NCBI GenBank assembly: GCA_041664225.1
Contig: JBAYLE010000001.1
Span: 132,939-196,938 of the forward strand
Length of the DNA: 64,000 bases
Origin: Parcubacteria group bacterium
Lineage (GTDB): Bacteria > Patescibacteriota > Minisyncoccia > Moranbacterales > UBA2206
Direction of reading: 5' to 3'
The translations under genes and the position numbers were made by a program. Positions 27,643 to 35,738 of the stretch are shown in pieces (within the stretch, counting starts at the first letter, position 1; every line of letters starts with the position of its first letter). The notes under the pieces are model-generated. The model did not search any database and had not been told where the DNA came from. It worked only from the letters and a program-made list of their open reading frames with translations.

Positions 27643-28728
27643 TTGTTTAACGTTTTTAAAAATATGGAAAATACGCCAAAAACAAGCCAAAATCAGGAAG
27701 GGAAGACCAGTTTTTTTGACTTGGCTAATAATTTGTTGTCTGCTGAATCCGGAAGAGCGCAAGAAATCGTCAGGATGCGATTTGGTCTGGCGCAGGTTGA
27801 ACCGCAAACACTGGAAAAAATTGGCCGAGAAAATAAAATTACGCGCGAAAGGGTGCGGCAGATAATTGGCGATGTGCTTAAGCGCCTGAAGCAAAAAAAG
27901 AACGAAGCTGATTTTAAAGTAGCCGAAGATAAGATTGTTTTTACAATCGGGAACAATAATGGTATAATGGAAGAAAGTAAACTGATAGAAAAATTAAGCA
28001 GTGGCGAATATAAAGAAGCCAATGCAGTTGCTCTTTTTGGGGCGTTATCAGAGAAGATCGTTATTTTTGAAAAAAAAGGCGAGATAAGAAAATCCTGGGC
28101 TGTTTCAAAGGATGTTTTGGGTAAGGTTCAAGATGTCGAAAGTATAGCTAAGGAGATATTTGGAAAAGAAAAGAAATTACTGACTGATGACGAAATTGTT
28201 GAAAAAATCGGCCAGCGTCTGGCAGAAAAGAAAGCGGCCTTTTCCAGAGAGCAAATTTTGAATTATTTGGCTGTTTTGGCAGATGTCCAAAAAAATAAGT
28301 TTGGCAAATGGGGGATAGCTGGTTGGAAGGAGATTAATCCGAAAGGAACCCGTGAAAGAATATATTTGATTCTTAAAGAAAAACGAGAACCACTGCACTT
28401 TACTGAAATTGCAAAACTTATTGATCAATACGGTCTTAGCAAAAGAAAAGCCCATCCCCAGACCGTGCATAATGAATTGATCAAGGACGAACGATTTATT
28501 TTGGTGGGCCGAGGCATTTATGCTCTAAAAGAGTGGGGTTACAAGCGAGGGACTATTCAAGAAGTGTTGCGTGACATCCTAGATAAGAGCCAAAAATCAT
28601 TGACCAAGGAAGAGATTTTAACGGAGGTCATGAAACTTAGAAAAGTGAAGAAAGCAACAGTCATGATCAACTTGAATAATTCAAAAATTTTTGAAAAAGC
28701 CAATAATGCCTATACGATAAAGAAGTAA
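27643..28728 (+). CDS. putative transcription factor: sigma-70 region-4-like HTH (N-terminal) plus HARE-HTH/RNAP-delta-like winged helix (C-terminal)
   Basis: The N-terminus (RMRFGLAQVEPQTLEKIGRENKITRERVRQI) matches the sigma70 region 4 pattern. The C-terminus (PLHFTEIAKLID...DERFILVGRGIYALKEWGY) matches the HARE-HTH pattern. Confidence 0.5.
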   Translation: MFNVFKNMENTPKTSQNQEGKTSFFDLANNLLSAESGRAQEIVRMRFGLAQVEPQTLEKIGRENKITRERVRQIIGDVLKRLKQKKNEADFKVAEDKIVFTIGNNNGIMEESKLIEKLSSGEYKEANAVALFGALSEKIVIFEKKGEIRKSWAVSKDVLGKVQDVESIAKEIFGKEKKLLTDDEIVEKIGQRLAEKKAAFSREQILNYLAVLADVQKNKFGKWGIAGWKEINPKGTRERIYLILKEKREPLHFTEIAKLIDQYGLSKRKAHPQTVHNELIKDERFILVGRGIYALKEWGYKRGTIQEVLRDILDKSQKSLTKEEILTEVMKLRKVKKATVMINLNNSKIFEKANNAYTIKK

Positions 28729-28790
28729 TACTTTCCGGAGGTAACTGAAAACACAAATAAAATTCAAACTTTGCAACGTCAAAGACAAAC

Positions 28791-30062
28791 ATGAACAATA
28801 TTTTAGACGTATTTAGCCAATTTATACCAATCTTTCAAGCGCTGTCTCAATTCTGGTGGATTATTTTACCAGTGCTTTTGTATTTTATGTTTGAACAGCT
28901 TTGGATGGATTTTGTTATAGAATTTTCCAAAGATGCCTTTTTTGCCAAGCTGCAATGGACATATTTGGAAATTATCCCGCCCAAAGATATCGAGAAGGGC
29001 CCAAAGGGATTTGAGTCTTTGTATCAGGGCATTGCCGGTGTCGTGGTTACAATCGTTCCTCTGGATAAGTACTTAAATGGAACCCTCATGGACAGGTTCA
29101 GTTTTGAGATTGTGGGCGAAGAGGGCGTGATGCATTTTTATGTGCGCACCCAAAAGAAATTTAGAAATTTGATCGAAGCACAGCTTTACGCTCAATTCCC
29201 AGGCACGGAAATTGTTGAGGTTGAAGATTACACTCAAAAATTCCCCAAAACCGTTCCCAACAAGGACTGGGATTTGTGGGGGGCGGATATTATGTTTGCG
29301 GAGCCAGACGAACTTCCGATAAAAACCTATGACAAATTTGAAGAGGATATCACCGGCACTATGATTGACCCATTGGCGGCGATGGCGGAAGTCATTGGCA
29401 CTCTGGGCCCAGGACAGCATATCTGGTTGCAATACGTACTTGACCCTCAGCCTGAACTATGGAAGAAAGATGAAGCCCATAGAAAAATAATTGATCAGCT
29501 GGCGAAAAAAACGGAAAAGAAGGAAATGAATTTTTTTGACCACCTGATTGATGTTTTTTCGAATTTATTTAAGGCACTTTCCGGTCCGGTGGAATTCGCG
29601 TCGGCGGAAAAAAATGAAGACCAGCCACTGGAATTCAAATTGACGCCTGGAGAAAAGGAAGCATTAAAAGCGACAGAAGAGAATTTTATGCACAATTTTT
29701 TTCGAGTCAAGATGCGGCTTATAATTTTGGGTCGGCGGGAGGTTTTTGACAAGACCTTTATCACCGCTTTTTTTGGAACAATAAAACAATTCAGTGATTT
29801 GAATCTGAACAGTTTTAAGCCGGAAGATGCCAGCAAAACTTATGCTTATTATTGGATGCACAAAGAACGGTTGGTTTACCGGCAGAGAAAGATTTACCGC
29901 CGCTATCGCGACCGCGATATGACAGGCAAAACTATTTACATGTCTTCTAAGGAACTGGCGACTGTTTGGCATTTCCCGAATATGGAAGTTCAGGCGCCAT
30001 CGCTTACGCAGGTGCAAGCTAAGCGCGGTTCTGCTCCGGCTAATTTGCCCGTCGGGGAATAA
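28791..30062 (+). CDS. hypothetical membrane protein (2 N-terminal TM helices plus ~350-aa soluble domain)
   Basis: Hydrophobic N-terminus; immediately upstream of, and probably translationally coupled to, the TrwB/VirD4-like ATPase. Confidence 0.5.
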   Translation: MNNILDVFSQFIPIFQALSQFWWIILPVLLYFMFEQLWMDFVIEFSKDAFFAKLQWTYLEIIPPKDIEKGPKGFESLYQGIAGVVVTIVPLDKYLNGTLMDRFSFEIVGEEGVMHFYVRTQKKFRNLIEAQLYAQFPGTEIVEVEDYTQKFPKTVPNKDWDLWGADIMFAEPDELPIKTYDKFEEDITGTMIDPLAAMAEVIGTLGPGQHIWLQYVLDPQPELWKKDEAHRKIIDQLAKKTEKKEMNFFDHLIDVFSNLFKALSGPVEFASAEKNEDQPLEFKLTPGEKEALKATEENFMHNFFRVKMRLIILGRREVFDKTFITAFFGTIKQFSDLNLNSFKPEDASKTYAYYWMHKERLVYRQRKIYRRYRDRDMTGKTIYMSSKELATVWHFPNMEVQAPSLTQVQAKRGSAPANLPVGE

Positions 30063-30071
30063 ATAAAATCC

Positions 30072-32078
30072 ATGGCTGAAATTAATTTTTTTGCAAAAAC
30101 AAACTTTCGAAACCAAGAGCGCATTTTTGGCATTAAGCGTGATGACCGGCGGCGGCACATGTATGTGATCGGGAAGACTGGCATGGGTAAATCCAATATG
30201 CTAGAAAATATGGCTATCCAGGATATCCGCAATGGCGAGGGTGTTTGTGTTGTCGACCCGCATGGCGAATTCGCGGAAAAGATGCTCAGGGCCATACCTT
30301 CAAATCGAATCAATGACGTTATTTATTTCAATCCGTCAGACTCGGAATTTCCTATCGCTTTCAATATTTTGGAAGCAGTAGATGAGGACAAGAAAAATCT
30401 TATTGCCTCCGGCATGATGGGCGTTTTCAAAAAGATATGGCCGGACGTCTGGAGCGCGCGGATGGAATATATTTTAAATAATACTATTTTAGCACTGCTT
30501 GATTATCCCGGTTCGACGATGCTGGGAGTGAATCGTATGATGGCTGACAAGGACTATCGCAAGCGGGTGTATCCGAAAATCAAGGATCCGGTGGTTAAGT
30601 CTTTCTGGCTCAATGAATTTGACAAGTGGGATGATAAATTCCGCAAGGAAGCCGTGGCGGCCATCCAAAACAAAGTTGGACAATTTTTGTCATCCTCTGT
30701 TATCCGCCATATCGTCGGCCAGCCGAAATCAGCTATTGATATGCGCGACATCATGGATAATCAGAAAATCTTGATTATCAATTTATCAAAAGGCCGTATC
30801 GGGGAAGATTCAATGCGGCTTTTGGGTGGCATGATTGTTACCAAAATCCAGCTGGCAGCCATGGGCCGCGTAGAGATACCTGAAGAAGAAAGAAAGGATT
30901 TTTACCTGTATGTTGATGAATTCCAGAATTTTGCTACGGAATCGTTCGCCAATATTTTGTCAGAAGCCAGAAAGTACAAATTAAATTTGATTTTAGCCCA
31001 TCAATATATCAACCAGTTGATTTTTGACAGCAACACGACAGTGCGCGACGCGGTTTTTGGAAATGTGGGTACTATTATTTCCTTCCGGGTCGGTGCGGAA
31101 GATGCCGAGCATTTGGAAAAAGAATTTGATCCAGTTTTTTTGATGAATGATATTGTTAATCTTTCCAAGTATAATATTTATTTGAAATTGATGATTGATG
31201 GGGTGGCGGGCGATGCTTTTTCGGCCGCCTCTTTGCCGCCGTTGGATTTGTCGGATACGAAGGAAAGCGAAGAAAAGGTTATCCGCATTTCGCGCGAACG
31301 TTATGGAAAAAATCGTGCAGAAGTGGAAGATCGTATTGCCCGCTGGAGCGGTATGATAATGGAGGACACGGATGACGTGATAATTCATAAAGTAGAACCC
31401 GTTCGCAATGTTGTACCGAATATTGTAGTTGTGCCAAAAACTAAAAAAATTGTGGGCGATTCTGATTTGATCAATACTGTGCCGCCAGTCATCAAAGTTG
31501 TTCCGAAAAATCCCAAACCGGTGAGCGATGCCATTGTGGTTGAACCGGTTAAGCGGGCTGCGGTAGTCCAAAACGAAGTTGTGGATACTGCGAAAGATTC
31601 AATTATTATCACAGAAAAATCCAACATTGAACAAAAAGAAAAAAAAGAATTATATGAAACACTTTGCGATACTTGCGAACAAAAGATTTATGTTCCATTC
31701 AAGCCTGATCCAAATCGGCCGGCTTTTTGCAAGGAATGTCTGAAAGATTATCAGCGAGCGCTGGCGAAAGCGCGCAACCCGCAAGTCGCGAATGACCAAC
31801 AACAGCCGGTGAATAATCGACCTGCCCGCAATGTTGCGCATAGCGCTACGGGCGGACAACAACTAATAGTGGTAAAGAAACCCGAGACAGTTAAGTCAAG
31901 CGCAAGAGAAGAAGTGCGCAAGGTGTATGTTCCTCAAGATAAGCCCATGAGTTTGTCGCAAATGTCACACATTGCGCCGAAAAAATTTAAAGCGGTCAGA
32001 CAAAAGCCGCAGGTCAATCTGAATGATGTCAGGGATTTGATCAATAAGACGAAAAAAGATGATAGCAAACAAAATTAG
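30072..32078 (+). CDS. TrwB/TraD/VirD4-like P-loop NTPase (type IV coupling protein-like AAA domain) with C-terminal zinc ribbon
   Basis: Walker A VIGKTGMGKS, then VCVVDPHGE (the DPKGD-like motif of coupling proteins) and Walker B FYLYVDEFQNF. The C-terminus carries CDTCEQK...CKEC. The protein has no TM domain of its own. Confidence 0.6.
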   Translation: MAEINFFAKTNFRNQERIFGIKRDDRRRHMYVIGKTGMGKSNMLENMAIQDIRNGEGVCVVDPHGEFAEKMLRAIPSNRINDVIYFNPSDSEFPIAFNILEAVDEDKKNLIASGMMGVFKKIWPDVWSARMEYILNNTILALLDYPGSTMLGVNRMMADKDYRKRVYPKIKDPVVKSFWLNEFDKWDDKFRKEAVAAIQNKVGQFLSSSVIRHIVGQPKSAIDMRDIMDNQKILIINLSKGRIGEDSMRLLGGMIVTKIQLAAMGRVEIPEEERKDFYLYVDEFQNFATESFANILSEARKYKLNLILAHQYINQLIFDSNTTVRDAVFGNVGTIISFRVGAEDAEHLEKEFDPVFLMNDIVNLSKYNIYLKLMIDGVAGDAFSAASLPPLDLSDTKESEEKVIRISRERYGKNRAEVEDRIARWSGMIMEDTDDVIIHKVEPVRNVVPNIVVVPKTKKIVGDSDLINTVPPVIKVVPKNPKPVSDAIVVEPVKRAAVVQNEVVDTAKDSIIITEKSNIEQKEKKELYETLCDTCEQKIYVPFKPDPNRPAFCKECLKDYQRALAKARNPQVANDQQQPVNNRPARNVAHSATGGQQLIVVKKPETVKSSAREEVRKVYVPQDKPMSLSQMSHIAPKKFKAVRQKPQVNLNDVRDLINKTKKDDSKQN

Positions 32079-32250
32079 ATACGATAGTAAAATTCCCACC
32101 CATGTAGGTTTTATCTTCTTGCTGGTTTTTGGTTTGATTGTGGCTTTTATTACAATCAGGATGGGAGATAAAATAATTCAAGGCGCGCCTAATTCAAAAG
32201 CGCTTAGCGAAAATAGGCAATTGCAGCAGATGATTGAAAATACGAAATAA
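32059..32250 (+). CDS. hypothetical small membrane protein (63 aa)
   Basis: Overlaps the end of the ATPase gene; one TM helix; followed by a terminator. Confidence 0.35.
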   Translation: MIANKIRYDSKIPTHVGFIFLLVFGLIVAFITIRMGDKIIQGAPNSKALSENRQLQQMIENTK

Positions 32251-32260
32251 GAACACAAAA

Positions 32261-32290
32261 ACAGCCGGAATTTGGATGGCTGTTTTTTTG
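32261..32290 (+). terminator. Rho-independent terminator closing the 27.6-32.3 kb cassette
   Basis: acagcc...ggctgt hairpin followed by ttttttt. Confidence 0.55.
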
Positions 32291-32325
32291 TTTACTTTAT
32301 GAGATTTTTATAATAATATTTACTT

Positions 32326-33423
32326 ATGGTTAAAAACAACAAAAAACGGGTGATTGTTGGGATGTCGAGCGGGGTAGATTCGTCGGTGGCGGCGGCGCTA
32401 CTCAAAAAACAAGGCTATGATGTCGTGGGCGTCTTTATGCATTTTTGGAAAGAGCCGACGCAGGACAGTTTGATTGAAAATAAATGCTGTTCTTTGGAAT
32501 CGTTTGAAGACGCGCGCAAAGTCTGCCAGATTTTAGGTATTCCGCTTTACACTGCCAACGCGGAGAAAGAATTCAAAAAAGAAGTGGTGGACTATTTTTT
32601 GTCTGAATACGCGGCCGGCCGGACACCCAATCCGTGTGTCGCTTGTAATGAACACATAAAATTCAACGTGCTTTTTAAAAAAATGCTAGAAATGAAAGGG
32701 GATTTTGTTGCTTCTGGACATTATGCTATCAAGAAGCAAGAAACAAAAAACAAGCAGCAAATAGTATACAAATTATTTCAAGGCAAGGATGAAGAAAAAG
32801 ATCAGTCTTATTTTTTATACAACTTCAATCAAAAACAACTGGCGAGAATTTTATTTCCAGTGGGCGGTTATAAAAAAGCACAAATCCGGGCAATGGCCAA
32901 GAAGATGAAATTGCCGGTTTTTAATAAAGATGATTCACAGGGGCTTTGCTTTACTCCGGAAAAATATCCGGAAAACTTTTTACGTCGAAATTTAAAACTC
33001 AAAAAGGGCAAAACACTGAATACTGCCGGAAAGATTGTGGGGACTCACGAAGGTTTGCCACTCTATACTATCGGCCAAAGGCGAGGCATCAACATCGGCG
33101 GAGACGGGCCGTATTATGTCGTGGATAAAGATATAAAAAAGGACATTCTGATTGTCACTAATGATGAAAAAGATCCGGCGCTTTTTCGCAAAGATATGGA
33201 GGTAAAAAAGGTGAATTGGATTATTTCAGAGCCAAAATTACCGGTTAAAGTATGGGTCAAAAACCGCTATCGTCATCCGGCCGTTTCTGCTATAATAAAG
33301 CCAAGGAAAGGCGAAATTTACCCAGTTGAATTCGCTGAACCGCAACGGGCAATCTCGCCGGGCCAATCGGCAGTGTTTTATAATTCCAAAGGAGAATTAT
33401 TGGGCGGGGGCAGGATAGTTTAG
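32326..33423 (+). CDS. mnmA: tRNA-specific 2-thiouridylase
   Basis: PP-loop VGMSSGVDSS and CVACNEH motifs. Confidence 0.9.
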   Translation: MVKNNKKRVIVGMSSGVDSSVAAALLKKQGYDVVGVFMHFWKEPTQDSLIENKCCSLESFEDARKVCQILGIPLYTANAEKEFKKEVVDYFLSEYAAGRTPNPCVACNEHIKFNVLFKKMLEMKGDFVASGHYAIKKQETKNKQQIVYKLFQGKDEEKDQSYFLYNFNQKQLARILFPVGGYKKAQIRAMAKKMKLPVFNKDDSQGLCFTPEKYPENFLRRNLKLKKGKTLNTAGKIVGTHEGLPLYTIGQRRGINIGGDGPYYVVDKDIKKDILIVTNDEKDPALFRKDMEVKKVNWIISEPKLPVKVWVKNRYRHPAVSAIIKPRKGEIYPVEFAEPQRAISPGQSAVFYNSKGELLGGGRIV

Positions 33424-33454
33424 GAATATTTAAATAATTTTTTAATTAATTCTC

Positions 33455-33940
33455 TTGGAAATAAATTTGGAGGTTTATGCAAGAGAAAAGAAAAAAAGCA
33501 TGAAATCACGAGAAAATTATCAACTATCGCCAGAAGAAATAGAAAAAGCAGAGGATAATATGTCGGAAACGGAAAAAAGGTTATCTGAAATTAGAAATGT
33601 AAGTGTGGAAAATTTTAAAAGAAATACCGGTAAAAGTGGCATGTTGAACCTGCTGAATAAAGAGATGCCACGAATTGGAGATTTTAATGTGATAATGAGT
33701 AAATGGAAAATAGCGGGAGAAATTGAGGGTCATCAGATAGAATTAGTAGCTGATGCTGATCATGAAGATAATGACAGATTTTATAATTATAGAGGTCTAA
33801 TAGATGGAAAAGAATTAACAATGGAGGACGCCCAAATGCTTTGGGAGAAATATCATGCTTTCGCAGAAAAACTGAATCTGGAAGAAGAAGAGCTAAAAAA
33901 GCGTGCCCGGACAGAGAATGCGCTAAAAGACGTCCTTTAA
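33455..33940 (+). CDS. hypothetical protein (N-terminus paralogous to the next gene)
   Basis: ENYQLSPEEIEKAEDNMSETEKRLSEIRN aligns to ENYQPTLGEVEDAKENMTEKEKKSSEVRE of the downstream ORF. Confidence 0.45.
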   Translation: MEINLEVYAREKKKSMKSRENYQLSPEEIEKAEDNMSETEKRLSEIRNVSVENFKRNTGKSGMLNLLNKEMPRIGDFNVIMSKWKIAGEIEGHQIELVADADHEDNDRFYNYRGLIDGKELTMEDAQMLWEKYHAFAEKLNLEEEELKKRARTENALKDVL

Positions 33941-33965
33941 GGGTTATATTTGGGGAAGTAAAATT

Positions 33966-35108
33966 ATGGAATCACCAGAAAATTATCAGCCAACTCTCGG
34001 GGAAGTAGAAGATGCGAAAGAAAATATGACAGAGAAAGAAAAGAAAAGCTCGGAAGTCAGGGAGCAAAATTGGGAGCAGCAACAGCCACCGTGGGAAGAT
34101 TTTGGTGATAATGTTGATGAAAAAGGCTATAGAAAACCGCCAAAACCAGAAGATGAGAAAAAGATGAGGCAGAGAATCGTTGAATTAGGAGAGCTTTTTA
34201 AGGACGCTGATTTTAAATGGCATCTCGATGGTGCTATCAATATTTCATTAATGAAAGGCGAGTTTATCGGTGTCCATAAAGATGTTGATATTTCCGTTGA
34301 AAAGGCGGAGCTTTCAAAGCTAGACGATCATTTGGGGCAAAGGGGTTACGGACTATTTATTTCTTATCTTCCGAAAGGATCTGAAAATAAAATTTTGCGC
34401 AGAGTCGGAGCGGAAAATTTCGAAGTAACGACCGACGAAGCATTACAAATTGCGGCAATTGATGAAAATGGAAAATTAAAACAAGATAGGGAATTGAATT
34501 TTATCGACGTGCATATTATCAAGCGGAATGAAGATGGGGTTCAGCTAAGCAAGCACGGTAATGGCGTAGGATTGCCGCAAAGATGGTCCGAATCCCAGAC
34601 AACGGAATTTAAATCTGAAAAAATCAACTTGGCTCATCCCGCAGAAATTGCCTATTTCAAGTTGTGGCAGGAAAGAAATTACGATCTGACTGATTTACAT
34701 AAATTAGCGGAAAGCGGCAAATTAACCAATGAAGACATCAGTGAGGTTGAAAATATTATTGAAAAGGAATTTATTGAAAACAAAAAAAGAGGAAAGCATG
34801 GGATGGAAGATGTGGCTATTGAAATTACAGCGAATATGTCTGCGGATGAAATTTTAAATATTTTTTCCAAAAATCCAATTTTCAAGAGTGGTGTTGAAAA
34901 TTGGAGAGAAGTATTCAGTGAATTTACTGAAAAAATTGCGGAAAGTAAAGATAAATCTGCTGAGTTTATGTTTAATTTAGGTTTAAAATTTTTTAACGAG
35001 GAGGGCAGAAATAATATAATTCGGCAAAAGATTAAAATAGTCAGGCAGTGGATAAGGGAAGCGGAAAATTTGCAAGAAGTTCGTGACAAATTAAAAAATA
35101 ATTTATAA
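33966..35108 (+). CDS. hypothetical protein with Lnu(A)/ANT(2'')-like minimal nucleotidyltransferase core
   Basis: KWHLDGAINISLMKGEFIGVHKDVDISV matches the W-LDGG-x-G-x-H-x-D-I-D pattern of lincosamide / aminoglycoside-2'' nucleotidyltransferases. Long N- and C-terminal extensions. Confidence 0.45.
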   Translation: MESPENYQPTLGEVEDAKENMTEKEKKSSEVREQNWEQQQPPWEDFGDNVDEKGYRKPPKPEDEKKMRQRIVELGELFKDADFKWHLDGAINISLMKGEFIGVHKDVDISVEKAELSKLDDHLGQRGYGLFISYLPKGSENKILRRVGAENFEVTTDEALQIAAIDENGKLKQDRELNFIDVHIIKRNEDGVQLSKHGNGVGLPQRWSESQTTEFKSEKINLAHPAEIAYFKLWQERNYDLTDLHKLAESGKLTNEDISEVENIIEKEFIENKKRGKHGMEDVAIEITANMSADEILNIFSKNPIFKSGVENWREVFSEFTEKIAESKDKSAEFMFNLGLKFFNEEGRNNIIRQKIKIVRQWIREAENLQEVRDKLKNNL

Positions 35109-35119
35109 TTTTCCAATTT

Positions 35120-35419
35120 ATGCAAAATTTTTCAAATGATGATGCTAGCCAAGATGATGATGGAAAAGCAACTGCGCAGGACAAGGCCAGGCGAAAAAGC
35201 GAAATTCAGCGGGAAACAATTATGATTGAATCTGACTATCGAAAACTGGCTAATGAAAAAGCCAGTCTGGATATGGAAATCCGGCAGCTTAAAAAAGATG
35301 AGGCGCACATTAAGATTAACTTGCAAGAAAAACAGGCGAGGTTGGGCAAGGTTGAGTTCGAACTCTTACAACTGGATACGAATCTGAAAAGCCTAAAAAA
35401 GAAATTAAACTTGTTATAA
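35120..35419 (+). CDS. hypothetical coiled-coil protein
   Basis: 99 aa, heptad-rich. Confidence 0.4.
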   Translation: MQNFSNDDASQDDDGKATAQDKARRKSEIQRETIMIESDYRKLANEKASLDMEIRQLKKDEAHIKINLQEKQARLGKVEFELLQLDTNLKSLKKKLNLL

Positions 35420-35465
35420 TTTCGATTCCAAATAAATGGTTTTATAATTATTAAATTTTTAAAAT

Positions 35466-35738
35466 ATGTCACAATCAAAAATTGAAGACATTTTGGAAGA
35501 AGTTGTGAGGGGCAATGAAAAAGTGGAAAAATTGAGCGGTCGTTTTCACGCGGTTGAAAGTGAAATTGATAATATGGCCGGGAAGCCGGAAGCGGATTTA
35601 GATAAAATTTTACGTCGAGCCAAAGAACTTATTTACAGAGTCTTTGATGGTTATCATAGCAGTTTTTTGGACAGCAAGTGGTCTGGAATAGAAGATAAAA
35701 TAGAAAAAAACCTGAAAGATTTGAAAAATAATTTATGA
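35466..35738 (+). CDS. hypothetical protein
   Basis: 90 aa; its stop overlaps the alaS start (ATGA). Confidence 0.4.
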   Translation: MSQSKIEDILEEVVRGNEKVEKLSGRFHAVESEIDNMAGKPEADLDKILRRAKELIYRVFDGYHSSFLDSKWSGIEDKIEKNLKDLKNNL

